A DNA stretch of 64,000 bases from an uncultured Solirubrobacterales bacterium (lineage in GTDB: Bacteria > Actinomycetota > Thermoleophilia > Solirubrobacterales > Solirubrobacteraceae), in the NCBI GenBank assembly GCA_963733555.1, contig CAVTDO010000001.1, positions 64,913 through 128,912 on the forward strand, given 5' to 3'. The notes under the pieces were generated by a model. That model searched no databases and had not been told where the DNA came from. It saw nothing but the letters and a program-made list of their open reading frames with translations. Each line of letters opens with the position of its first letter. Position 1 is the first letter of the stretch. A program made the translations under genes and the position numbers. Of the stretch, positions 7,565 through 17,146 are shown in pieces.

Positions 7565-10015
7565 ATGAGGCTCCCGATCCGCGGCAGGGGTTGGCGCATG
7601 ATCCTGTCCGCCGCTGCCTGCCTGGCCTTTGGAGTCCCCGCGGCCCAGGCCGGCGTGCCGAGCGGGATGCCGACCGATGTGCCCGCCGCCGCCAGCGCAC
7701 CGGACCCGTCCCTGCCGGAGCCGGCAAGCACGGCGTGGCCGTTCGCCAACACGTTCCCGCAGACGTCCGGCACCGGGCGCCTGGCCGGCGGCGCGTCGCT
7801 GTGGTCGGACTTCATCTACGACGACTATGGGGCGGCCGGGCCGGCGGGCCTGCCGACCTCGAGCTATAGCCAGAGCTCCGGCCTGGCCAACCGCAAGGGC
7901 AACTACGTCTATCCCCCTGGGCCGGCCGCCAACAACGGGGCCGACATCTTTCGCGCCGGGGTCGGACTGAAGGGCAACTACAGCTACTGGCGGGTCGACT
8001 GGGTGACGCTCGCCGACCCGAACGTGCCCATCGCCGAGTGGACCTTTGACACCGACAACAACCCGGCCACCGGCGCCTCCGCATGGCCAGCCGGGGCTGG
8101 GGTGAGCTCGGCGGGAATCGACCAGGCCCTGGTCGTCTCCAGCCGCGGCGCCTGGCTGATCAATCCGCTCACCGGCCTCCGCACCGATGTGGTCGCGGGC
8201 GGCGGCAGCCTCACGGTCGACGCCGCGTCCAAGTCCTTCATCGTGGCTGTCCCGCGGTCGTTGTTGCCGGTGAGCGGCGTCTGGAACGTCCGGCTGGGCG
8301 CCGGCCTGGCCGACGGGACCGGCCAGAACTTCGCTCCGGCCTACGTCAACAACGCCGGCGCCGGCCCCTCGAGCACCGCCGAGCGTCTCTACAACGTCAC
8401 CTTCCGCACCGTGGCCCAGGAGCCGCCCGGCTACACCGATCCCTCAACCGCCGCGCAGACCACCGCCCTCGAGCAGGCCCTGGGCGGCACTCCACTCGGC
8501 ACCGCGCTCGGAGTCGACGGCATCGTCAATTCCGTAAGCGGGAACTTCTGGGGGGAGAACGACCAGGCCGACACGCTGGCAGGCGGGGACGTGTCGAAGT
8601 TCTCCCTGCCGGTCAACTGGTCTCAGCTCGCAGCGGCCACCAACACCCCTGAGCCGCAACCGACGGGCTACAGCATGCGCTGGTATGTCTCGCGCCTGAA
8701 CCTCGGCTCCGGCCAGGTGATCAACGACGGGAACGAGGGCAACTTCAAGCCGACCCTGCTCGACCGCGTCCAGCCCTATTCGGTCTACGTGCCGACCACG
8801 TACCGGCCCGGACATCCGGTGCCCCTGACCTGGATCCTCCACTCGCTCGAGGTCAACTACAACCAGTACGGCGGCGACGATCCGCAGCTGCTCCAGCAGC
8901 TCTGCCAGGATCGGAACTCGATCTGCGCCACTACCGAGGGATACGGCCCGGCGGGCTGGTACTACAACGAAGCCGAAACCGATTTCTGGCAGGTCTGGAG
9001 GGCGCTCGCCGAGACCTATTCGCTCGACCCGTCGCGGACCGTCAGCAGCGGCTACTCGATGGGCGGCTGGGCCTCCTACAAGCTCGTGTTCGAGCATCCG
9101 GATGACTTCGCCGGCTCGCTGGTGCTCGACGGTCCGCTCGTGTGCGGGATCGAGGCCTACCCGGGCCAGAACGGAAACGCTTTCTCCGATCCCGCCTGCT
9201 CCCAGGATGGCCAGAGCCGCCCGTTCGTCGGCAACGCTCGCTGGATCCCCTACGTGATCGACCACACGTACGCCGATGAGCTCGTCCCCGTGACAGGGGC
9301 AATCGCCCAGGGCACGGCGTTCGACAACCTCGGTCAGCGTTACGACCTGTTCATCCACACCGGAGGAGATCACCTGGCCTTCGCGATCGAGGATCGCTTC
9401 AGCGATGCCGTCGCCGCGCTCGGCAACCCGATCCGCACCGTCAACCCGGGTGCCTTCAGCTACAGCTGGTATCCCAGCCTCAACAACGCGACCCTGGGCA
9501 TCGGGGCGACAGGTGACTACTGGCTGAGCGGCCTGGCGGCCCGGGACGGGTCCTACGGGAAGATCGCCACGATCAAGGCCGCCGACGAGGCTCGGCCTGA
9601 CGCGGCGGTCACTGACGAACGGTTCGGTCCCGCCCTCGTGACCCAGCCGCTTCCGGGCACTGAGACCGGGCTCTCCTGGAAGCTCGGAGCGCGGCCGAAA
9701 GCGCAGAAGCGGATGACGCTGACGCTGACCGACGTGTCGGCGCTCACGCTCGATGCCCTGGCGGCCAACCTCCGCCTCGGCACGATCACCCTCCACAGCG
9801 ACGGGAGCACGAGCTTCGCGATCGAGCACCTCCAGAAGGGAACCGAGGTCCTGAAGGACGGACGCCTGGTGACGCGGGCCGGCTCCCGCGGCCGCGCGGC
9901 GGTCACCGTCCACACAGGAACGACTGTCGTCAGGCTCGTGCGCCCGGCCCGGGCGGCCAAGAAGCGCTCACGCTCGAAGCCGCGGCGGTCCGTGACGGTT
10001 CGCTTTACCGGGTAG
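7565..10015 (+). CDS. Secreted multidomain alpha/beta-hydrolase (esterase/PHB-depolymerase-like), C-terminus ...KKRSRSKPRRSVTVRFTG
   Basis: Sec-type signal ending AAQA; nucleophile elbow GYSMGG; 'PLTWILHSL'; N-terminal beta-rich domain. Confidence 0.75.
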   Translation: MRLPIRGRGWRMILSAAACLAFGVPAAQAGVPSGMPTDVPAAASAPDPSLPEPASTAWPFANTFPQTSGTGRLAGGASLWSDFIYDDYGAAGPAGLPTSSYSQSSGLANRKGNYVYPPGPAANNGADIFRAGVGLKGNYSYWRVDWVTLADPNVPIAEWTFDTDNNPATGASAWPAGAGVSSAGIDQALVVSSRGAWLINPLTGLRTDVVAGGGSLTVDAASKSFIVAVPRSLLPVSGVWNVRLGAGLADGTGQNFAPAYVNNAGAGPSSTAERLYNVTFRTVAQEPPGYTDPSTAAQTTALEQALGGTPLGTALGVDGIVNSVSGNFWGENDQADTLAGGDVSKFSLPVNWSQLAAATNTPEPQPTGYSMRWYVSRLNLGSGQVINDGNEGNFKPTLLDRVQPYSVYVPTTYRPGHPVPLTWILHSLEVNYNQYGGDDPQLLQQLCQDRNSICATTEGYGPAGWYYNEAETDFWQVWRALAETYSLDPSRTVSSGYSMGGWASYKLVFEHPDDFAGSLVLDGPLVCGIEAYPGQNGNAFSDPACSQDGQSRPFVGNARWIPYVIDHTYADELVPVTGAIAQGTAFDNLGQRYDLFIHTGGDHLAFAIEDRFSDAVAALGNPIRTVNPGAFSYSWYPSLNNATLGIGATGDYWLSGLAARDGSYGKIATIKAADEARPDAAVTDERFGPALVTQPLPGTETGLSWKLGARPKAQKRMTLTLTDVSALTLDALAANLRLGTITLHSDGSTSFAIEHLQKGTEVLKDGRLVTRAGSRGRAAVTVHTGTTVVRLVRPARAAKKRSRSKPRRSVTVRFTG

Positions 10016-10031
10016 GGCAGCACTTCAAGCG

Positions 10032-10080
10032 TGAGCGTGATGGAAAAGTGTTCTCTATGACCACTTTTCCATCACGCTCA
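10032..10080. repeat. Perfect 19-bp inverted repeat (REP-like element / bidirectional terminator)
   Basis: TGAGCGTGATGGAAAAGTG-N11-CACTTTTCCATCACGCTCA between convergent genes; a related copy lies at 17101-17146. Confidence 0.8.
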
Positions 10081-10142
10081 GCCGGCACGGCACGCGTGTA
10101 AGGCGCCCGCAGCCTCTCGCTGCCTCAGCGGCGTCCGGCCGG

Positions 10143-11098
10143 CTAGACGACGCGGACCGGCGTGCCGATCTGGACGTGGCGCCCGAACCAAAAATCGTCG
10201 GAGATCCGCAGGCGGATGCAGCCGTGGGAAATCCGGCCCGGGATGGCCGAGGCGGGCGCCCCATAGGGACCGTGGATCCCGACCACTCCGCCGCCCGGCC
10301 AATCGGTCAGCGTGGAGTAGTCGGTGGTGCCGAACGCGTAGGGGTAATAGCCACTCGACCGGTCACCCACCAGGTTGAAGCTCTCATTGATCCAGAAGTG
10401 GCCCGTCGGAGTGGGCATGCCCCGCGCGCCGACGCCCACTGGAGCGCTCCAGATCTTGCTGCCGTTCTCGTAGAAGTACATGCGCATCTGCCCGCGGTTG
10501 ACGACGACCGCCTGGTGGGTCACGTGGAAGCGGTCGAGGGCGTTGCGCTGGACCCATCCGGTCCGGCCGTTCGGACGCCCGGGAATCCGGATGTCGACCC
10601 ACTCGCTGCGTTTGCTGGTCCAGTGGGTGCGAAGGAGCAGGTAGACCGAGTTGAAGCCGTCCTCCGTGTACCAGCTCAGGCGGCTGACCCGGTGGGACTT
10701 CGTGGACGGCTGCGAGTACACGTCGGCGATCCGGTGAACGTAGGCGAACTGCGTGAGGCTCATCTCGTTGGAGAGGATCTGATCGGCCGGAACCGACGGG
10801 GTGTGGGTTGTGGGGCTCTTGGTGCCCGTGCTGCCCGAGCCGGAGGAGCCGCCAGAGCCGGAGCCTGAGCCGCCGGAGCCGGAGCCGGAACCTGAGCCGC
10901 CGGAGCCGGAACCACCAGATCCGGGGTTCGTGCACCCGGGCACGGGGGAAGCGGGGGTGCCGGGCAGTCGACCGAGCGCGACGCGGTCTGCGTCACGCCG
11001 GAGGTCGATGCCACGGCGGTGGCACTGGGCAGGGCGAGCACAGCCGAGAGCGCGGCCAGCGACCCACCCATGCGTCCAAACAGCTTTCTCCCACGCAT
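10143..11098 (-). CDS. L,D-transpeptidase (YkuD family), secreted, with one frameshift near 10944-10948
   Basis: Catalytic 'GIHG...SHGCIRL'. The signal peptide is in another frame (ORF 10760..11098) and joins in-frame if one G is added to the G5 run. Confidence 0.85.
10831..10925 (-). repeat. Low-complexity Gly/Ser linker-coding repeat
   Basis: Encodes GSGGSGSGGSGSGSGSGGSGSGSGGSSGSGS; repeated ccggagccg units. Confidence 0.85.
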
Positions 11099-11188
11099 GT
11101 GCTCATTAGGGTAGCGAGAGCGAGAGATACCTACGCCGATAACCAGCTAGCGACACGGCCGAGGCCGCAGAGAGGTAGGTTTCCGGCC

Positions 11189-13102
11189 ATGCCAGGGCTG
11201 ACGACGCGCCGTGACCTCTTAAGGGGCGCGGCTGGGGGAATGGCCATCGGGGCCTCGGCGCTGGCCTACAACTCGTTGATCGCAAGGGCGCTCGCCAGCG
11301 CTCCGGCCTGCCCCTCGAGCCTCAACGACATCGAACACATCGTCATCTTGATCCAGGAGAACCGGTCCTTCGACCACTACTTCGGGACCTACCGGGGAGT
11401 GACCGGATTCGCCGATCCGCATGTCCTCCCGCTCAATGACGGCAGCGGGCTGACCATCTTCGCCCAGCCCGGCTACCCCGGCGGCTACGACGGCGGTCAC
11501 CTCTACCCCTTCCACATCGACTCGTACTCGAACGGCGAGTGCACGAACGACATCGACCACGAGTGGGGGCCCCAGCACACCTACTGGAATGGCGGCAAGC
11601 TCGACGGCTTCGTCAGCGGCCACCTCAAGGTTGACGGGAGCGCCAACGGGCCGCTCACCATGGGCTACTACACGCGCAAGGACCTGGCCTTCTACTACGC
11701 CCTGGCCGACGCGTTCACGCTCTGTGACCAGTACCACTGCTCGGTCATCGGGCCGACTGACCCCAACCGCCTGTACAGCTTCTCGGCCTGGCTCGATCCC
11801 GCCGGCACGAACGGCGGCCCGATCCTCTCGACCAGCACCTCGAGGGTTGGCCGCTACGGCACGCTGACCTGGACGACGATGCCCGAGCAGCTCCAGGCCC
11901 GGGGAATCAGCTGGAAGGTCTATGGCAGCGCCGATGGGAACTTCGGCGACAACGTGCTGCCCTACTTCAAGCAGTACAGCAACCCGACCCTCGCCGCCAA
12001 TGCGCTCGGCCCCACGTATCCGGGGACCTTCCAGGCCGACGTGGCCGCTGGGACGCTCCCCCAGGTTTCCTGGATCCTGGCGCCCCTGGTCGAGAGCGAG
12101 CACCCGCCGGGTCCCACCGAGTTCGGCGAGGTGGTCGCGGCGGACGTGCTGAACGCCTTGGTCTCGAATCCAGCTGTCTGGTCCAAGACGGCGCTGCTCG
12201 TCACCTACGACGAGAACGGCGGCTTCTTCGACCATGTTCCGCCGCCTGTCCCCCCCGCCGGCACCGCCGGGGAGTATCTGACCGTCAACCCGCTGCCTTC
12301 GGACGCCTCCGGGGTCGCCGGGCCGATCGGGCTGGGCTTCCGGGTTCCCACCCTGATCGTCTCGCCCTTCAGCCGGGGCGGCTTCGTCTGCTCGGACGTG
12401 TTCGACCACACCTCGCTGCTGCGCCTGCTCGAGACGCGGTTCGGCGCCGAGGTCCCGAATCTGTCCGCCTGGCGGCGCTCCGTAACGGGCGATATGACGA
12501 GCGCGTTCAACTTCGCCAAGGTCGACACATCGGTTCCCTCGCTTCCTCAACCCTCGGATGCGGACACGCGGATCACGACGGGCGCCTGTGCCGTGGGCGC
12601 GCCCCTCGACCTCGCCTCGCCCAGCAACACGACGCTCGACGTCCTCGAGGCCACCGTGGTGCCGCCCTATCCGGTCACCGTCAACTCGGCCCCGCCCCAG
12701 CAGGAGCCGGGCCATGCGGCAGCGCCGAGCGGGCCACTGTGCGGCCCCGGAGCGGCGAAGGCCCGCCTCACCGTCCGGGGTGTCCACGCCCGAACGTCCG
12801 GACGGTTCGACGCCGCCATCGCCAGCTTCTCCTACAGCGACCGTCATGCCAAGGCCGCGAATTTCACCGCCGAGATCCACTGGGGTGACGGCCACCGCTC
12901 CCGGGGGAAGATCGTCGCCGCGGGGTCCGGCTTCAAGGTGGTGGGCAAGCACCATTTCGCCAAGGCACGGATCTACCGCGTTGGTGTGACGATCACGGCG
13001 CCCGACGGGGCCAGGGCCACCGCGCACTCAGAGGTCACGGTGGTCCACTCGCGGGGGGCCGTCCGCCCGCGCGTCGCGGTGCGCCCGACCTTCACGGGCT
13101 AG
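11189..13102 (+). CDS. Tat-exported phospholipase C / phosphoesterase with C-terminal Ig-like domain, C-terminus ...RPRVAVRPTFTG
   Basis: Twin-arginine signal TRRDLL; 'EHIVILIQENRSFDHYFG', 'GPTDPNR', 'SEHP', 'TYDENGGFFDHV', 'GLGFRVP' motifs. Confidence 0.92.
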   Translation: MPGLTTRRDLLRGAAGGMAIGASALAYNSLIARALASAPACPSSLNDIEHIVILIQENRSFDHYFGTYRGVTGFADPHVLPLNDGSGLTIFAQPGYPGGYDGGHLYPFHIDSYSNGECTNDIDHEWGPQHTYWNGGKLDGFVSGHLKVDGSANGPLTMGYYTRKDLAFYYALADAFTLCDQYHCSVIGPTDPNRLYSFSAWLDPAGTNGGPILSTSTSRVGRYGTLTWTTMPEQLQARGISWKVYGSADGNFGDNVLPYFKQYSNPTLAANALGPTYPGTFQADVAAGTLPQVSWILAPLVESEHPPGPTEFGEVVAADVLNALVSNPAVWSKTALLVTYDENGGFFDHVPPPVPPAGTAGEYLTVNPLPSDASGVAGPIGLGFRVPTLIVSPFSRGGFVCSDVFDHTSLLRLLETRFGAEVPNLSAWRRSVTGDMTSAFNFAKVDTSVPSLPQPSDADTRITTGACAVGAPLDLASPSNTTLDVLEATVVPPYPVTVNSAPPQQEPGHAAAPSGPLCGPGAAKARLTVRGVHARTSGRFDAAIASFSYSDRHAKAANFTAEIHWGDGHRSRGKIVAAGSGFKVVGKHHFAKARIYRVGVTITAPDGARATAHSEVTVVHSRGAVRPRVAVRPTFTG

Positions 13103-13114
13103 GGCCCTGGCGCG

Positions 13115-13618
13115 TCAGAGCGTCAGCGTGAACGACACCCGCCCGGAATCGCACGAATCCGTCTGGCCGTTCGCCGCCCGGTAGTTCAGATGGAGCTCGA
13201 TCGTTCCGGTGAAGGTCGCCCGGGTGCGGTTGAGCTTTCCACTGATTGAGCGTGAGCCGCCGGTGATCGCCTCAGAACCCCCTGCGGAGGGGATCGGCGT
13301 CACCTTCGCCGCCCCGTGCACCGCGCCATTTCCGGCGATCGAAAGCTTGCCCCAGCCGTCCTCCGCGGTGAAGTCATCCTTGGCGCTGCAGGTCAAGGCC
13401 AGGGCAGAGACGACGCTGATCCGCTTACCGTTGCCGGTCACGGTGGCCAGCGCCGGCCACTCCTGCGAGGTCAGGCCGCTGAGATTGCGCCCTGCGGCCT
13501 GATCGCTGACACGGGCGGCGGAGGCCCGCGTGGCCGCTGCGGCCTGGCCGGCCTGCAGGAGGCCGAGGACAGCGAGCGCCACGACGAGCAGCCGGCGCCA
13601 GCGAATCGTCCCGGACAT
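13115..13618 (-). CDS. Secreted hypothetical protein
   Basis: Signal peptide MSGTIRWRRLLVVALAVLGLLQAGQAAA; beta-rich mature part with 2 Cys. Confidence 0.65.
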   Translation of the reverse strand: MSGTIRWRRLLVVALAVLGLLQAGQAAAATRASAARVSDQAAGRNLSGLTSQEWPALATVTGNGKRISVVSALALTCSAKDDFTAEDGWGKLSIAGNGAVHGAAKVTPIPSAGGSEAITGGSRSISGKLNRTRATFTGTIELHLNYRAANGQTDSCDSGRVSFTLTL

Positions 13619-13629
13619 GCGGCGGGGCA

Positions 13630-15254
13630 CTAGACCTTCGTCTCCACGAAGCGCTCGCGGAGGTCCGTCTTCTTGAACTTTCCCGTGGCCGTGCGGGGGA
13701 TCTCGTCGACGAACTCGAAGCGGTCGGGCAGCTGCCACTTGGCGAAGTGGCCGGACAGGTGCTCGCGCAGCTCCTCAGGGCTCGCCTCGGAACCGTCCCG
13801 GAGGACGACGACGGCGAGCGGGCGCTCGCCCCAGCGATCGTCGGGCATGGCGATGACCGCCGCTTCGGCCACCGACGGGTGCGCCATCAGGTTGTTCTCA
13901 AGGTCGACCGAGGAGATCCACTCACCGCCGGACTTGACCAGGTCCTTGGAGCGGTCGGAGATGCGGATGCACCCCTGGGGGTTGATCTTGACCACATCCC
14001 CGGTCTGGAACCAGCCGTCCTCGGTGAACTTCTCCTCGCCCTGGCCGCGCCAGTAGGCCGCGGCCACCCACGGCCCCCGGACCTCCAGCTCGCCCATCGC
14101 CTCATCGTCCCAGGGGATCAGCTCGCCCTCGTCATTGCGGGCCCGGATCTCGACAAACGGCGACGGGCGGCCCTGGCGGGCCCGGAACTCGTACTTCTCG
14201 TCCTCGGACGCGTCGTCGAGCTCGGGCGGGAGTCGGCAGATCGTCCCCATCGGCGAGGTCTCGGTCATCCCCCAGGCCTGGATGATCGTCGAGGCCGTGC
14301 TTGTCGAAGCCCTCGAGCATGCTCCGCGGCACCGCAGAGCCGCCGACGATCATGAGGCGCAGGGCGCTGAGGTCCCAGCGGTCGGGCTCGTTGTCGAGGG
14401 CCTGGAGGATGGCCATCCACACGGTGGGAACCCCCGCCGTGATCGTGACCTTCTCGTCGGCCAGGCAGCTCCAGCACGCTCTCGGCATCGAGCTTGGGGC
14501 CCGGGAGGACGAGTCCCGTCCCCGCGAAGGCGGCGACGTAGGGCAGTCCCCAGGCGTTGGCATGGAACATCGGCACGACCGGGAGGATCGTGTCCCGCCC
14601 GGAAATCGCGTGCGCGTCCGGGAGCGCCGCCATGAGCGAGTGCAGCACGAGCGCGCGGTGCGAATAGAGGACGCCCTTGGGCCGGCCGGTGGTGCCGGAC
14701 GTGTAACACATGGCCGCGGCGCGGCGCTCCTCGAGCGACGGCCATTCCATCGGCTCCGAGCCCTCGATCAGGGAGGCGTAGTCGATCGTCCCGTCGGGCA
14801 CGGAGCCGGAGCGCGAAACGACGATCACGTGGTCGAACTCCCGGGCGGAGCGGAATTTCTCGAACACCTCCAGCAACGTCTCGTCGACGATGATCGCCTT
14901 GTCCTCGGCGTCGGAGACGATGAACTTCAGCTCCTCCTCACTGAGGCGGGGGTTCATCGTGTGGAGCACCGCGCCCATCAGCGGGACGGCGAAGTACAGC
15001 TCCAGGTGCTCCGTCTGGTTCCAGAGCATGGTGGCCACCGGATCGCCGTCGCCGATCCCCAGCTCTTTGAGACCGCTGGCCAGCCGGTGCGCGCGCTCCA
15101 CGGTCTCGCCGAGCGTCGTGCGCTCGATCGATCCGTCGGGGCGGCGTGAGACGACCTTGCGACCCGGTGTCAGGTGCTCCGCACGTTCGACCAGAGCCGT
15201 CAGCGCGAGCGGAAAGTCATCCATCATCAGCCCGTGGGTCATCTTCTCGGTCAT
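13630..15254 (-). CDS. Long/medium-chain fatty acid-CoA ligase (AlkK/DmdB-like), two apparent 1-nt insertions (about 14466 and 14291)
   Basis: [45 protein letters not shown] and TGKFKK motifs are spread over three frames. Confidence 0.88.
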
Positions 15255-15355
15255 GGTCTCCTCCCGGATCGACTGAGCCTCTCGAACGCCAGACAGGATG
15301 CTGGTCTGGCGGCTCTCGTGCAACCCCCAGTAAACCGGATAGCGTCCGCCCGGCG

Positions 15356-16969
15356 ATGACCATCGCCCGTCCCGCAGAGCCGTTCCCGGATCCGTCGTGG
15401 TGGGGTTGGGGCGACCCGGCGCAGGTCCCCGTCCTTGAGGAGGCGGTGCGGCAGCTGCTGGTCGACGGGCTGGGGGTGCGAGGCGTCTCGCCTCACCCGG
15501 AGTCGCTGAGCGGCGTGAACGTGCCCCCGCCCCGCCTGGGCGGCGAGGTGGCGGCGGAGCTGGGCGACATCGTCGGCCCGTCCCAGGTCCTCTCCGATCG
15601 CGAGGTTCGCATCCGCCACACCCGCGGCAAATCGACGCCCGATCTGCTGCGCCTCCGCGCGGGCGACGGTGGCGCCGCGCCGGACCTCGTGGTCTGCCCC
15701 GCCTCCCATGAGGAGGTGCTGGAGGTGCTGGCCCTGTGCTCCCGCTCTCGGGTGGCCGTGGTGCCCTTCGGCGGCGGCACGTCGGTCGTCGGCGGCCTTG
15801 AGCCCGAAGCCGACGCCTTTGCCGGGGTGGTCGCGCTCGATCTGCGGCGTATGAACGCCCTCGTCGAGCTCGATCAGGTCTCCCGAGTGGCGGTGCTGGA
15901 GCCCGGGCTCCGCGCGCCGCAGGCCGAGGAGATGCTGGGCGAGCGTGGTTACACGCTCGGCCACTTTCCGCAGTCCTTCGAGTACGCGACGATCGGCGGG
16001 TTCGCGGCGGTGCGCTCGAGCGGCCAGGCCTCGGCCGGCTACGGCCGCTTCGACGAGATGGTCGTCTCGCTCCGCCTCGCCGCACCCGCGGGGACCCTCA
16101 CGCTGGGCCGGGCCCCGAAATCGGCGGCGGGGCCCGACCTGCGGCAGCTGGTGCTCGGGTCCGAGGGTGCCTTCGGCGTCATCACCGCGGTCGGTGTGGC
16201 GGTCTGCCCGCGCCCGGAGGTTCGCCGGTACGAGGGTTGGCGCCTTGAGTCGTTCCGGGCCGGGATCGAGGTTCTGCGCCACCTGGCTCAGGACGGACCG
16301 CGGCCGACGGTCCTGCGCCTCTCCGACGAGGTCGAGACCGCGCTCGACCTGGCTGCGCCGGGCGAGCTCGGGTCAGGGGGGCAGGGCGCGCTGGCCATCG
16401 TCGGCTTCGAGGGTGCCGAGGCCGAGGTGGGCGACCGGCGCGAGGCCGTGGCGCGCGTGATGGAGGCGGCGGGCGCCCAGCTCGACGCGGCGGCCGGGGA
16501 GGCCTGGGCGCGGGAGCGCTACCGCGGCCCCTACCTGCGCGACGCCCTGCTCGACGCCGGCGCCCTGGCGGAGACGCTCGAGACGGCGGCCTTCTGGGCC
16601 GCCCTGCCCACGCTCTACGAAGCGGTCGGATCGGCGTTGCGTGACTCGCTGAGCGCCCAGGGGACCCCGCCGGTTGTCCTCTGCCACGTCTCGCACGTCT
16701 ACCCGGCCGGGGCGTCGCTCTACTTCACCGTCGGCTGCGCCCAGGCGAACGACCCCCTGGCCCAGTGGCAGGCCGCCAAGGCGGCCGCCAGCGACGCGAT
16801 CATCGAGGCGGGGGGCTCAATCACCCACCACCATGGCATCGGCGTGGATCATCGGCCCTGGTTCGAGCGGGAGGTCGGTTCACTGGGGGTGAGCGTGCTC
16901 CGCGCGGTCAAGCGGGAGCTCGACCCGGCGGGGATCATGAACCCGGGGGTGCTGATCCCGCGTGAGTGA
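15356..16969 (+). CDS. FAD-binding oxidoreductase (alkyl-DHAP synthase-like)
   Basis: 'VVPFGGGTSVVGG', 'GHFPQSFEYATIGG', 'GSEGAFGVIT', 'HHHGIG', 'MNPG' motifs. Confidence 0.88.
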   Translation: MTIARPAEPFPDPSWWGWGDPAQVPVLEEAVRQLLVDGLGVRGVSPHPESLSGVNVPPPRLGGEVAAELGDIVGPSQVLSDREVRIRHTRGKSTPDLLRLRAGDGGAAPDLVVCPASHEEVLEVLALCSRSRVAVVPFGGGTSVVGGLEPEADAFAGVVALDLRRMNALVELDQVSRVAVLEPGLRAPQAEEMLGERGYTLGHFPQSFEYATIGGFAAVRSSGQASAGYGRFDEMVVSLRLAAPAGTLTLGRAPKSAAGPDLRQLVLGSEGAFGVITAVGVAVCPRPEVRRYEGWRLESFRAGIEVLRHLAQDGPRPTVLRLSDEVETALDLAAPGELGSGGQGALAIVGFEGAEAEVGDRREAVARVMEAAGAQLDAAAGEAWARERYRGPYLRDALLDAGALAETLETAAFWAALPTLYEAVGSALRDSLSAQGTPPVVLCHVSHVYPAGASLYFTVGCAQANDPLAQWQAAKAAASDAIIEAGGSITHHHGIGVDHRPWFEREVGSLGVSVLRAVKRELDPAGIMNPGVLIPRE

Positions 16970-17006
16970 CCATCTACCCCCCGACTGAGTACCCTTGCCT
17001 CGGCCC

Positions 17007-17096
17007 GGAGAGGTGCCGGAGCGGTTGAACGGGCGCGACTGGAAATCGCGTAACGGGGGTTGACCTCGTTCGGGGGTTCGAATCCCCCCCTCTCCG
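17007..17096 (+). tRNA. tRNA-Ser (GGA)
   Basis: Acceptor GGAGAGG/CCTCTCC; anticodon arm CGCGA-CTGGAAA-TCGCG; long variable arm; T arm GGGGG-TTCGAAT-CCCCC; discriminator G; CCA not encoded. Confidence 0.97.
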
Positions 17097-17100
17097 CCTC

Positions 17101-17146
17101 AGCGTGATGGATTTGGGCCCCTATAGGGTCCCTTTTCGATCACGCT
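17101..17146. repeat. Degenerate copy of the REP-like palindrome
   Basis: AGCGTGATGGA...CCCCTATAGGG...TTTTCGATCACGCT shares both arms with the 10032-10080 element; its right arm contains the serS stop codon. Confidence 0.65.

Noticed and set aside
10831-10925. CRISPR or tandem DNA repeat element
   Set aside because: It is an in-frame Gly/Ser linker with synonymous variation and no spacers. No CRISPR array or cas gene is seen in the window.
10944-10948. Phase variation at G5 (L,D-transpeptidase) or C5 (Fpg/Nei, 53917-53921)
   Set aside because: Five-base runs are too short for typical slipped-strand switching and are classic long-read deletion sites.
17007-17146. tRNA-Ser as a prophage/island attachment site
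   Set aside because: No integrase, no duplicated tRNA 3' end and no compositional shift nearby.
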